Source: Azolla caroliniana
Lineage: Eukaryota > Plantae > Polypodiophyta
Direction of reading: 5' to 3'
DNA: 64,000 nt
NCBI GenBank assembly: GCA_043228905.1
Contig: JBHGNT010000077.1
Coordinates: 42,707 to 106,706, forward strand
Below, piece by piece: positions 46,859-59,851 of the stretch. The notes under the pieces are model-generated. The model saw only the letters and a program-made list of their open reading frames with translations. It had not been told where the DNA came from and made no database searches. Made by a program: the position numbers and the translations under genes. Position 1 is the stretch's first letter; the number at the start of each line of letters is the position of its first letter.

Positions 46859-47973
46859 CTGTCGAAGAAGAAAAAGACAATGAACTCCTTACTAACCCAC
46901 CTTCTCCTCTATCAAAATAAGCCCACTTCAACCTAGTTCTTTTATCTAACATTATTCTCTCCTCTTTTAGAAATAGTGGGTTCATTACGAGGGGTTGACA
47001 CAACCATTCCTCCATAAATGATGGTAGAGATTGGACTAAATTATGCTTCCAATCAAACCATGCCTTCATTATACCCATAAAAACTTTATCATGCCGAAAA
47101 ATATCAATGGAATGAGTAAAATCTCTTAAAAACCACCATCTAATACTATCTTTCCAATTGCCACCTGTAGAAGGCACCTTAATCATTCTCTGCCTTAAAA
47201 TGTTTTTCCATGGCTCCCGGCCTGGTAAGGTGGTTGTTGACAATCAAGTATTGCTTGCTTTCATGTGGTACATTTTGTCGGCTTGGTTGTGCTCACGTTC
47301 GGCTTTATCACAAGTGTTGAGAAAACAGGTCCCTCCGGATGGGAAGAATAGCCGAATTGGTCGATGGCGAACTTAGTCGAGGCCAAAAAATCAACTAACC
47401 GAAAATCGGATAATAATCTATTCGGCTAATAGCCGAATCGGTCAAAGCCGACTCGAGGCTATAATTGTAAATAACCTCAATATGTGTCCTTAGTGGGCTA
47501 TATTTGTAAATAGCGTATATAGTGTATATGAGTATAAATATAGTTAGGGCAAGTAGTTATGATAATTGTGAATTATCATTGTGGAACAAGTTACAAGGTG
47601 TAGTTGCTTGTGTAACTAGAGTGGGAGAGTGTGTGAGTAACTCCATAACTATCTGTGATGAAGAAGAGCTCAAGGTTGTTGCCTTGACGCTTCTTGTTGT
47701 ATTCCTCCCATCATAGTGGTTCTGTTTGGAGTTTGTGAACTTCACATGGTTTTTCCCTTTCCGGGTTTTCCACGTAAAATCCTTGCATTTGTATTTCTGT
47801 ATTTTTGTTCTCGTTGTCATGGAAATCCGCGCTTGCGGGTTGGTCGAACAGGACCACCGGGGTCTTTGACCAAGGAGGATGGATCGGGTGACTTGTGCTT
47901 GTAAGGAGTCGACCTTTGTTTAGGTTTACAATCGGGTCGTTCTTGTTGTCAAAGATGCTTGTGTGGGTTGACT

Positions 47974-48004
<31 letters not shown>

Positions 48005-51000
48005 TAAAGAGATTGTGAAAATATTTACCGCACCACAAAGATCGTGAAGATTTTCGGCAACAGTATGAAAATCGTGTGGAACGAGGGAAATCGAGAAGAT
48101 GCAATATGCACACGTATGAAAGGAGTGATGGTTAGACGTGTATGTTAACACATGAATGTGCATGTGTAATGTGTGTTTAGGTGTTCATTACAGAAATATA
48201 TAAAGTAAGTCAAACACATACAATGAGGTGCAAGGCAGGGTTTGAACCTTACACCTCTAAGATTGGAGGCAATTGACATACCATTAGACTAGATTATTTC
48301 CTTTAAAACTTATTTTCTTCATTGTACTTTTCACACGAACTGCTGGTACATGAGAGCTTGGATGAGGTACATGGTCATCATGCATTGCATGTGATGCATG
48401 AGCGCCAAATGGCAATCATGCATTGCATGCATTTCATGCATTGTATGCATGTACTACACCCTCACATGCACATATGCATGGGGGCATCTATATAAGAAGG
48501 AGAGGAAGGGAAAGGAAATCAAGCAATATATGCAATCAATAATAATTAATAAATCCTAGTTATCTCATTGGCAATGTGTCTTGTATCTCAACTATCCACC
48601 CCCACCAAACCTCACGTCCTCCGGTACGTGCCAAGAAGTGAGTGTGAGATTTCGGTTACGGTGATCGATCAATTTCCTCCATGTCCTCATCAACCTCGCT
48701 CACATTTGTGGGTTCCGTCGTACTATCTTCATTGTTGAGGTCATCTAGGTTAGGACCCTCATCTTGTCTTTTCTTGAATATCTTTACTCTTTTCCTTGCA
48801 ATTGGTATGGCCAACCTTGATCCGTCTAGCTCCGCGAGGTGGTAGCTGGCGTTGTCGTTGGCACTCATCACCACATATGGTCCAAACCACCTTCTTGCGA
48901 ACTTCCTTGTCGTCCTGTGTTGGTTGTCTAGGCTGTTGTCGTAGACCAATACCCAATCTCCTTCTTCGATCTTCTTGGGACACAGTCGGTGTGTCTTATC
49001 AAACCGAATCTTATTCTTCACGAGGGCTGTCTCCATTATCTTTCGCGCATTCTCTAGGTCTTCGGGTCTTCTTTTGAGTTGCCTTATTCGTGCCACCAAT
49101 AATTCTTCTCGGCTCATCTCATTCTCCCATGGTATTGCTACCCATGAGACGATCGTCCTCTCGATGGGCATTATTGGTTTTTGTCCATACATGAGCTCTG
49201 CTGGCATATAGCCTGTCACGGAACTGTCCGTAGTTCTATCGTCCCACAATGCATAGGGCAATAATCGCGGCCAATTCCCAACTCAACCATTGCATGCTCA
49301 TACGATGGCTTTGACTATCGGCCCATGCCCTCACTCGATCTTCCCATTTGCTTCCGGATTATAGGCAGTTGTGAGGGAGAGGTTTACGCCTAGTCGCTCG
49401 AAGAGCTCCATTGCTTCGTGTGCATCTAGCTCCCCTCGGTCGGCCACTATCTTTCTCACATATCCGTATCGGCAAACGACCTCTTCGAGTAGAAATTTGC
49501 ATACGGCTGTCGTCGCCTTATTTACTAAGGCTCGTCCTTCTACTTGGTTTGTCAGGTCTTCCCTCGCTAGCACCAAGTACTTCATCTGTCCCACTCCCAT
49601 TGGCATCAAGACCAGATCCACCATCCATTTAAAGTGTATGGTGAGTGGGTATGTTGGTCGTAATCCATCATGGTGACGTACGTTCGAATGTACTTGACAA
49701 CTTTTGCATGTGGACACAAAATGTAGTACATCTTTATACATGCTCGGACACCAGTACTTTTCCTTTAGCTTTTCAAATGTTGCCCACGTTCCTCTATGAC
49801 CTGCCCACGGACTTTCGTGGAATTCAGACATCAACGTTCTTTGGTCATCTTTCTTCACCACTACTCGTCGTGGCATCCCTGTCCTTCTCTTTGGATGCCG
49901 CCAGAGGAATCCTCCCTTCAAAAAGTACTGGTAAGCTTTCTTTCATATTTGTAGAGCCTCCTCCTTCGTCCATGAAGCATCTGCCATCATCGTTCTCAAG
50001 AATCTTCCGATTAGTAACCACTCCCCTTCATACTCGTTTTCGTTGAAAGCGTGGAGGGTTGTGTGCCTCTGTCTTTTGCCGACAGTTGGGCTGCCTTGAA
50101 GAAGTCGAGGGCGACGTTTTCATCTTCTGAAACCATATCACTTTCATCCTCGAATCTTGCTCTTGACAGCATGTCAGCCATGGCATTTTTCTTCCCAGCA
50201 ATGTGGCGGATCTCCGGGTTCAAATACTTTATATAAGCAATCCACCTTAACATAGCCAAATCTGGTGTCGCACATCCGGAGATCATCCCAAGGATTGGGA
50301 GGCAATCCGTTTCAATTACCACCTCTGACCCGATCAGGTAGTCCTTGTCTACTTTTACTACAGACACGATACCCCAGAGTTCCCGCTTTACTTGGGCGTA
50401 TCCTTGTTGTCAATCGCTAAGAACCTTTTCTCCGAACCGGATGACGTACCGTATGCTATCTTCTCCTTCTTGGTTGATGACCCATCCAATTCCCGTTGGA
50501 CTCGTATCTACTGTGACGTAGATGGGCATCCCTTCTTTGTAGACGACTTTCCTTAAAGCTGGTGTTGCCACTAGTAGCCCTTTTAACCTCTCCATCGCCT
50601 CTGTGTGTATCGGTTCCCATTTGAATTTCTCCCTTTTTTCAGTAAGCTATACAAGGGTTCGGCCACATGAGCATAGTGTGGAATCCAAATGTGGTAGAAC
50701 ACACATGCTCCTAAGAATCTCTTGAATAGCATTCACCTTTGCGGGAGAGGATTTTCGTCCATATGGTCCACAAAGATGTCCCACTACTAGGATCTTGTGT
50801 TGGCCAAATGCTAATTCCTAAACCGGAGAATGTGAGCCCTGCACCTTCCAGTCTTTCTAGCACTCTTCCGCAGTCTTTAATATGGTTTGAAACAAATCTT
50901 CGACATCCATCTTGATCTAAAGACTCGTCATTCTCTGATTCGGGGCACCCCTTTATAGGGATATCATCGAGGAAAGGCATCGTAATATCTGGGATGCAGT

Positions 51001-52407
51001 CTCTTAGTACTTTGTGCATGGCGTTCATCATGTGGGCCACCGAGTTAGTTGCCCCTTGCGGTACTGTACACATCCTTACTAGCCCGATGGGCGTCCGCAT
51101 CGTTGTGATGTCTCGACTATCCAAAGACAATTGAAATTGGTCGTATCCAGAATACAAGTCTCCAATCGAGTAAATCGACCTTTCTGCAAAAGCTTTAGCA
51201 AACTCATCAACACTGGGTCCAATACCAACATTACGAATGGTGACCTTGTTTACTAGTTGCAGATCTTGGATAAATCGAAGCGCTCCATTTTTTTTCGGCA
51301 CTGTGAACCACCTATTTGAATAAGGCGCATTACATGGCTCAAGGATTCCCATTCTAATATTTTCTTTTAACAACTCCAACAATCATGGAATGTGAGCTCT
51401 TGGAACCGGAATTGGCATCAAGTTCCATGGCACATGGGATATTGTAAAGATAACCATTGGTTCCACAAGCGTTGGGTCACACATCCGATTTCTTGTGGGG
51501 AAAAGGCAAATGCTTTCCCATGTTGCTCCAACATTTTTCGGAACTTGGACTCTTCTTTGGGAAGCAAAAACTCACCCCCACCAACTTTGAGCTTCTGTCG
51601 AGTTTCCTCGGTGAAGACATGCCCTACTCCTTTCGGGTCTCTAAGGCACGAATCTCGTGCTACCTCCTTTATTCGTTGCCAACCGTCTTCAGGCAAGGGA
51701 GCCGCCACAGGTTTGACCTTCTTATCCACAGTCTTGTATTTGGTATTAACTTTGACTTCATCTGTCGCGACACCTTGTTCGTATTCGTTGATGGCGGTGT
51801 ATAAGGCGACAAAGTTGATTGGAATTATTTTGTTGACTTGCAATTTCGATTTGATGACTTTCTCCATTTCCCCAAGAGTATCATCTGACGGGAACTGAAG
51901 GCTCCTTATGCACAATGCTCGGCCACAACCGAGCTTAGGATCATACACAGAAAAACGGGAAACAAATGCACGCGACACGCGACACAATGTTTACCTGGAA
52001 AAACCCCAAAGAGGAAAAAACCACGGCAGCCCACAGGCTGCAAACTATCACTATGTTGGAATGTACAAAAGCAGTGAGTTCACGGAGGCAACGACCTCAT
52101 ACTCACAATCTTCGCCACAGGCGGCGGTTACAACAGAGGCAGCGACCTCTTTCTCTCTCTCTCTCTCTCTCTGTACACTGTTACGTGCTCTCTCTTCTTC
52201 TTACACCAACAAGAAAAATAACAACATTATACACATATTTGCCCTAAGTCATATTTATACTAATATGACTTTTCGGCTATTTACAAATATAGCCTCGATG
52301 GGCTCTCAGAAACATATTTACGAATATGTCTCTTCCTCCGGTTCACACCCTTCACTATTCTTCTCCCTTCCCATCCGGAGGGACCTGTCTCCCAACAAAC
52401 TCCCCCT

Positions 52408-55400
52408 TCACTCCGGCATGGGGTGTCTTATCAATCTGATCTGCTTCCGGCATGCATCCAGCTTGTCGGGTATCAGAACTTTGGTCAGCATATCTGACCC
52501 GTTCTCGGCCGTGTGGATCTTCGTCAGCGCGAACTCCTGGTCATCTACTCTTTCCCGGATCCAGTGATATCTTCGCTGGATGTGCTTCGTCCGAGAATGG
52601 TAGGCCGCATTCTTAGCAAGGTGGATGGCACTTTGACTGTCGCAATAGAGTCGGTATTCCTCTTGCCGGATACCGAGCTCTCCGATGAAGTCCTTCATCC
52701 ATAATATTTCCTTGCTGGCTTCCACAGCCGCCATGTACTCCGCCTCTGTGGTCGACAATGCAACCGTCTTCTGCAGCCTCGACTGCCACGAAACAACTCC
52801 CCCTGCATATGTCATTACATACCCGGATGTAGACCGGCTGGTATCCACATCAGCCGACATGTCCGAATCGGTGAAACCGTCCAGTTGAGGTTTTCCGAAG
52901 CCGAATCGGAGACACATATTTGAAGTGCCCTTCAAATACCGGAGTATCCATTTGACCACGTTCTAGTACTCCTTGCCAAGATTGCTCATAAACCGGCTCA
53001 CCACTCCGACTGCGTATCCTATGTCCGGTCGGGTACAAACCATTGCATACATCAAGCTCCCGATGGCAGAGGCATATGGAATCTTCATCATATCCTCCTT
53101 CTCTGCTTTCGTCTTCGGGCTTTGCTTACTGGATAGCTTGCAGTTTGCCGGAAGTGTCGATCCGACCGGTTTTGCTTCTGACATGTTGAACCGGTGAAGC
53201 ACCTTTGTCACGTACTTCTCCTGTGACAACCATAATTGCTTCTATGAACGGTCCCGAATGATATGCATCCCCAGCATCTGTCTTGCCAGACCCAAGTCTT
53301 TCATTGAGAAGGTCCGGTTGAGAGCCTTCTTCAGCATCCGTATTTTGACTTGGTCACGTCCGACGATCAACATGTCATCCACGTACAGGAGGAGTATCAA
53401 GAAGTCGCCTCCTTCGTACTTCTTCACAAACACGCAGTGATCGGCCTGCGTCTTGTGGTACCCTTGATCGGTCATGAAGGAATCGAACTTCCGGTACCAT
53501 TGTCAGGGAGCCTGCATTAGTCCGTACAGGCTCTTCTTCAGCCGGCATACTAGGTGCTCCTTCCCTTTCTCCACAAATCCTTCCGGTTGCTGCATGTAGA
53601 TCTCCTCTTCGAGGTCGCCGTGAAGGAATGCCGTCTTCACGTCCAGCTGCTCTACCTCAAGATCCATGCTTGCCGCTATACTCAGCACCGTCCGAATGGA
53701 GGTCATCTTTACTACCGGGGCAAATATCTCGTCGAAGTCCACGCCCTTCTTCTGCTGGAACCCCTTCACTACGATCCTGGCTTTGTATCTCGGGGGGTTT
53801 CCGGCATCTCCCGGTTTCAACTTGTACACCCACTTGTTTCGGAGTGCTCGCTTTCCTTTCGGCAACTCCACCAATTCGTACGTATGGTTCTCATGCAGGG
53901 AATCCATCTCGTCCTGCATGGCACTTAACCATTTTCGGCTGTGGGTGTCATCCTTCGCTTCTTTGAAGCTTTCCGGCTCCCCCTCATCGGTCAGCAGAAC
54001 ATGCTCTGCATCCGGAAATCTCCAGGGGGCCCTTCTCTCTCTGAGAGGATATGTCCGTCTTTGGGCTTCGGTAGTCGGCTCCTCCATTTGCTCTTCATCC
54101 GAATCCGATTCGGGGTCTAGGCCGGTTCCGGTCTCAGCTTCCTCTACTTCTTCTTCTGCCGTATCCTCACCGTATCCGGCTGGTTCTTCGAGTGCTAACC
54201 GGTCTCTCGCCGGTTGGGTCTGCTCATCGTAGAGTCGATCCTTACCGGTCGACTCGGAGTTCATTATCTTCTTCTCCGACTCCTAGTCGGCGAGCGTCTT
54301 GTCCTTCATGAAGATAATATCTCGACTCCGGAATACCTTCTTGTCGACCAGGTCCCACACTTGGTAGCCGAACTCATCGTCACCGTAACCGAGGAATATG
54401 CATGGCCGGGTCTTTGGGTCTAACTTTCCTCTCCGGTCCTTTGCTACATGCACGTACGCGAGACACCCGAACACCTTTAGATGCCGGTAGGACACTTCCT
54501 TACCGGTCCATACTCTCTGTGGCGTGTCTCCGTCCAAGGGTACTGAGGGTGATCTGTTTATCACGTATGTCGCCGTCGACAATGCCTCAGCCCAAAACTT
54601 CTTGGGTAGTTTTGCATGCGCTAGCATACTCCGGACCCTCTCCATTATGGTCCGGTTCATCCTCTCGGCCAGTCCGTTTAGTTCCGGCGTCTTCGGCACG
54701 GTAAATTCGAGCCGGACTCCCTTCGAGCGGCAGTACTCCTCGAACTGCCCCCGGTATTCTCCTCCGTTGTCTCCTCGTACCGCCTTCAGCTTCCGGCCAG
54801 TTTCTCTTTCCACTCTCGCGTGGAGCTCTTTGAAGACGGATAACACCTGATCCTTCGTCTTCAACGGTGTGGCCCACAACTTCCGGCTGTGGTCATCTAT
54901 GAACGTCACGAAGTACTGCGCTCCGGCATGTGACTTCGTGTCTACTTGACACACATCCGTATGCACCAACTCTAGTGGTGCATTACGTCTCAATGGTGGC
55001 CTTGGTCAGAAGGAGGTCCGGTTCTGCTTACTGGCCAGACAATCAGTACACTTCTCTAAGTGCACGTTCTTTACTGGAATGAGGTTGTCGTCTGCAAGCC
55101 TCTTCATCCCCTTCTTGCTCATATGACATAGCCTCTTGTGCCACAGCTCACTAGCAGTGTCGGATGCCACGTTCACTTCTTCCGGGCATAACCGGGCATT
55201 CATCAGGTACAATGTGTTGACCTTCCGGGCCCGAGCCACAATCAGGCTCCCTTTGCTGAACTTCATGACACCGTTCCGGATGCTACCCGTGTAGCCTTCA
55301 TCATCTAGCCGACTGGCTGATATCAAGTTCAGACGAACCTCCGGAACGTGTCGGACATCCTTCAGCAGCAACTTGCATCCGGTTGGTGTTGACAGCCACA

Positions 55401-56448
55401 CGTCTCCTATGCTGACAATTCGGCATGTACCTTCATTCCCCATCCGGACACAGCCGTGGTCACCGACTGAGTAGGATGAGAAGCATTTCCGGTCCGGGGT
55501 AAGGTGGAACGATGCTCCGGAGTCTACCACCCAGGTCATCTCGTCGCCAGCAAGGTTTATCTCACTCTCCTCGGTGATGAGCATCAACTCTTCTTCACTT
55601 GCCGCGATTGTTGTCGTTCCCTTCCGGTCCGTCCCCTTCCGGTCTTTACCGTTTCGGTCCGGGGTTCGCTTCGAATCGGTACCGTCGGTTTCCTTGTCTT
55701 TACGGAAATGCCGACAGTTCTTTTGGAAGTGACCCGGCTTGCCGCAATAAAAGCAAGTGGGCCTCCCCCTTGACTTTGATCGTGTCCCCGACTTCTCCCG
55801 GTTCTGGGGACTACGGTTTCTATGTCTTCCGCGTTCCGATTCGGTAAGGAGCGCTTTGGAGTCGGAGCTCGTATCTTTATCTTTCCGACGCGCCTCCTCA
55901 TCTAGCAAGCTCGACTTTACTCTTGCTAGGGATAACCGTTTTCCTTCCGGTCCGGCGTTGCCCAAAGTGACAACCAACGTCTCCCAGCTATCCGGGAGGG
56001 AACCGAGCAGGAGTAGCGCTAGTACCTCATCGGCGAGAGGTACTTCCAATGACGTTGCCTGGTGTATCAACCCCTGGAAGGCATTCATATGCTCTGCCAT
56101 GCTGGAGCCATCTTGGTATCGGAGTCTTACTAGCTTCCGGAATACCGAAACCTGATTAACAACATTTTTGTTTTGAAACATTATGCCGATCTTCTCCCAG
56201 AGCTCATGAGCCTTGCTCTCTTCATTGAAGTTGTTGTACAGGCTCATGTCGATGAAGCACCGTATGTACACCGTTGTCTTCATGTGCATCACCTCCCATA
56301 TCGTGGCGTCGATTTTGTCCGGTCTCTTGTCCCCGAACTGAACCGGCAGCCAGAGGTCTTTAACCACGAGCATGTCCCTCATCTTCGACTTCCATACCGA
56401 ATAGTTGGAGCTGGTAAGCTTGAACATGCCGCCAAACGATTCGTCCAT
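52408..56448 (-). pseudogene. C2 polyprotein, single frame with five premature stops
   Basis: Six ORF-track pieces (55006..56478 through 52408..52959) lie in one frame and carry all Copia domains. Confidence 0.92.
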
Positions 56449-56920
56449 ATTTTTGTGTCGTTTCGACTCTGATACCACTTGACGGGAACTGACGGCTCCT
56501 TATGCGCAACACTCGGCCACAACCGAGCTTAGGATCATACACAGAAAAACGGGAAACAAATGCACGCGACACAAAGGAGAGAAAAAAGGTACACAGAATG
56601 TTTACGTGGAAAAACCCCAAAGAGGAAAAAACCACGGTAGCCCACAGGCTGCAAACTATCACTATGTTGGAATGTACAAAAGCAGTGAGTTCACGGAGGC
56701 AACGACCTCGTACTCACAATCTTCGCCACAGGCGGCGGTTACAACAGAGGCAGCGACCTCTTTCTCTCTCTCTCTCTCTCTGTACACTGTTACGTGCTCT
56801 CTCTTCTTCTTACACCAACAAGAAAAATAACAACAACATTTATACTAATATGACTTTTCAGCTATTTACAAATATAGCCTCGATGGGCTCTCAGAAACAT
56901 ATTTACGAATATGTCTCTTC

Positions 56921-57134
56921 CTCCGGTTCACACCGGGTCTGCACCATCCGGCTCTCCATAGCCGGGTACTCCTCATCCGGTTCACTCCGGGTCTGCTCTC
57001 CGTAGCCGGGTACTCCTCATCCGGTTCACACCGAGTCTGCACCATCCGGCTCTTCGTAGCCGGGTACTCCTCATCCGGTTCACATCAGGTCTGCACCATC
57101 CGGCTCTCCGTAGCCGGGTACTCCTCATCCGGTT
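56921..57134. repeat. 54-bp CCGG-rich tandem repeat (~4 copies) in the C2 5' LTR U3
   Basis: Unit CCGGGTCTGCACCATCCGGCTCTCCRTAGCCGGGTACTCCTCATCCGGTTCACA; one unit is shortened. Confidence 0.9.
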
Positions 57135-59802
57135 TCGGCCTCGGCCGAGATTGTTCGTCGGCACTGTTCTTCTCCCTTCCCATCCGGAGGGACCTGTCTC
57201 CCAACATCATCAAATGATATCATCTCCATGTACCCCTTTATTGGCTCTTCCTCGCTTATAATCCCGATTTCTCTAAATTCTTCCTCTAGGATTCCTATTT
57301 TAATATCTCCTCTATTCATGTTGTTAAATTTACACATCCCATTTTCAGAAAACAAGACTTCATTTTCATTAATGGGGTGACAACTTTTATTACACTGAAT
57401 TGGGGACATAGTTAGATGTCCCGGACTATTGTTGTCCCTCTCCCTAATAGCCCGAATTAAAAATCCTCCCTATCTTCTTTCCCTAAGCTATGCCTACTTC
57501 TTTCATGGTTCGGTCGTACCGTGAGGAATTGAACTGAGCTTGTCCCATCTTGACTTCGTATCCGCGCATATGCTGAACCATTATCAAGTACCTTTGTCTC
57601 CATCCGGGATGTTGTTATGTAACGCTCGCCAAGGATGACAAGATGTGACGCCGATTCCTGCACAAAAAAGTGTTTATCATGCTCAACGTCACCAATAGTT
57701 ACCTTAACATTAGGGCAGGCCCCATGAAGCTCTTCTATCGCCCTGCTTGCCGCTCGAATCTTCCACCCATGCATAGTATTAATGGGCCAACAACCCTTTC
57801 GATAGAAGTCAAGAGATATGAGGTTGATCTCCAAGCCATGATCAATGAGCGCCAACACTGAATCTTTCAAATCTCCCATCCGCACCGGTGTCTCGGTAGT
57901 AGCCCTAACCCAATGTGGCCTTGCAAACTGGCTATCGACAAATTCTTGTTCAGTTTCGAGACCTTCTATTGTGATAGCGCTCGTCGAGACATTTGTCGGT
58001 CTAGTCCCTTCTTCACTTGTCATTAGTCTCTTCCTTTTTATCAAGTCAATGATGACATCGTGAAATTCTTTCTTTGCAATTCCTAAGACCTCTCGTAGTG
58101 TGAACTCGATTCGGCTATCTAGGATTCTTTCTTCCATCACACGCTTAAGGTCGGTGGATTGCTCTATTGCCGAGCGTAGTTTGAATGCTAGTCTGATTCT
58201 TTCCTTCCCTCTTTTGGTTATCATTCGGGGCGGTGATGATTCCTCCCTTCTTCGAACAACTTCTCTTGTGTCATATTTCTTTGAAGGGCCTGATTGGTCA
58301 TCTGGTCTTTTTCGTTTCTCTTCAACTAGGACGTCGTAGTTTTGACACATGGCCTCGACGAAGCTAGACTTCTCCTCCACAGGGTCCTCCCATCTCATCA
58401 TTTCTTGGACTCTTCGTTATGCTTTGAGTGCCTCGTTCATGCAGAGCTTCCCTTATCCGACTTGATTCAATATGATTGGCCAAAATTCTCCTACTTGAGA
58501 TTCTTGGGCTCTCGTCTCGTGTCCAGCCCGAATTCCAGCTGATGAGGAATAGTAAATACTTTCACTTTGTTTTCTTCCATTTCTTCCATCAACTTCTTCA
58601 TACCTCCTCGGCCAAAGTTGGTGTTGAGAGGACGTTGTGTCACCGAGGAGTGAATCTGATTGTTGGATAGATAAATGATATCTCGTCGGAGGGCATTTTG
58701 GAATTCTGAGCAATCTCTCCGCTAGTGTTCCAAGGAGTCACACCAAATACACCTATGGGGAAAGTCCAAGTGACGACCTGGAAAACTTTGAGTTTCGTCC
58801 TTTCTAATTTGAGAAATTCTCATCTCTCGAAGCATGTCTACAAGTTCATCCATTCTGGCTCCATCTGTGGGTTGAGCCACTTCATCATCCCTCGGTCTTT
58901 GGGCTTGTGGTTCTTGTCTCACGTTGTGAGCTTGCCGGCCAATTTGAGCTGCAACATTCGATCTTGTCTCGTTGTCCCATTGTTGACGCTTATCAAAACG
59001 TCCACATGCTCTCTTCACTACTGCCCAATCAGAAATGAGGCCTTCATCATTCTCTAATAGTAGCCCAAGATCTCTTCCGGATCTTTCTCATCTACTGATT
59101 TGATAAATAGGAGCACCTTGCTATCAAGAATCGTTTTGTCAAGTGCAAGCAAACAATCAAATCTTTGCTCGAACTCGTGGAGCGTCGCACTCGCACTCAA
59201 CTCTTTGTTAGAAGACTCCACCCAGTCCATTAAATCTTTCTTCGTCATTTGAGATGAGTCACCAAACCCATATTCTTCAAGTAAACTTTGTTCGAAAAAT
59301 GACCATTCAGGATTGGCATCTTGTAGCTCTAGGACCCGAGAGTAAAGACTTGAAGTTACAATCCTTGAGAAGCTTGCCACTTGTCTTGCCATAGAAATAC
59401 CCTTTTTCCGCATTTCTGTTTTGTAGGTTTTAAGGTATCGTGTCACATCTCTACCATCAAAGCATCCGTTGGCATCCACGATCCTATCGCTGGCAACGTC
59501 AAGGCCTGCGACGGTGTCTCTCTCTTGAAGCATTTGGTCCATCATCCTCGCCATTGCTTGTGCTAGACTATCATTAGAGTCTCTAGCACTTGAAGTTCCG
59601 GCCATCCTCCCTTACCGTTCTTCATGTCGGGTTCACCAATTAATGTCGCGGAAATCCGCGCCTGCGGGTCGGTCGAAGGGGACCACCGGGGTCTTTGACC
59701 AAGGAGGATGGATCGGGTGACTTGTGCTTGTAAGGAGTCGACCGTTGTTTAGGTTTACAATTGGGTTCTTCTTGTTGTCGAAGATGCTTGTGTGGGTTGA
59801 CT

Positions 59803-59851
<49 letters not shown>

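Larger units (their letters stand above)
44575..47314 (-). mobile_element. Old degenerate L1-clade LINE (LINE-b) 3' ORF2 remnant with a 5' inversion; inverted arm continues at 60729-60850
   Basis: Minus strand from ~47230 leftwards: LPGREPWK...QPL..NP...YWKWLW...IPKKV.FF.W. Plus strand 47225-47314 and 60729-60850: NQVLL.FMWY...QWLIRNFLWG...GGLGLIDP. Confidence 0.7.
51886..57206 (-). mobile_element. Ty1/Copia C2, related to C1
   Basis: LTRs 51886-52397 (512 bp) and 56480-57206 (727 bp), TSD TCATC, iMet-type PBS TGGTATCAGAG, PPT. Confidence 0.95.
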
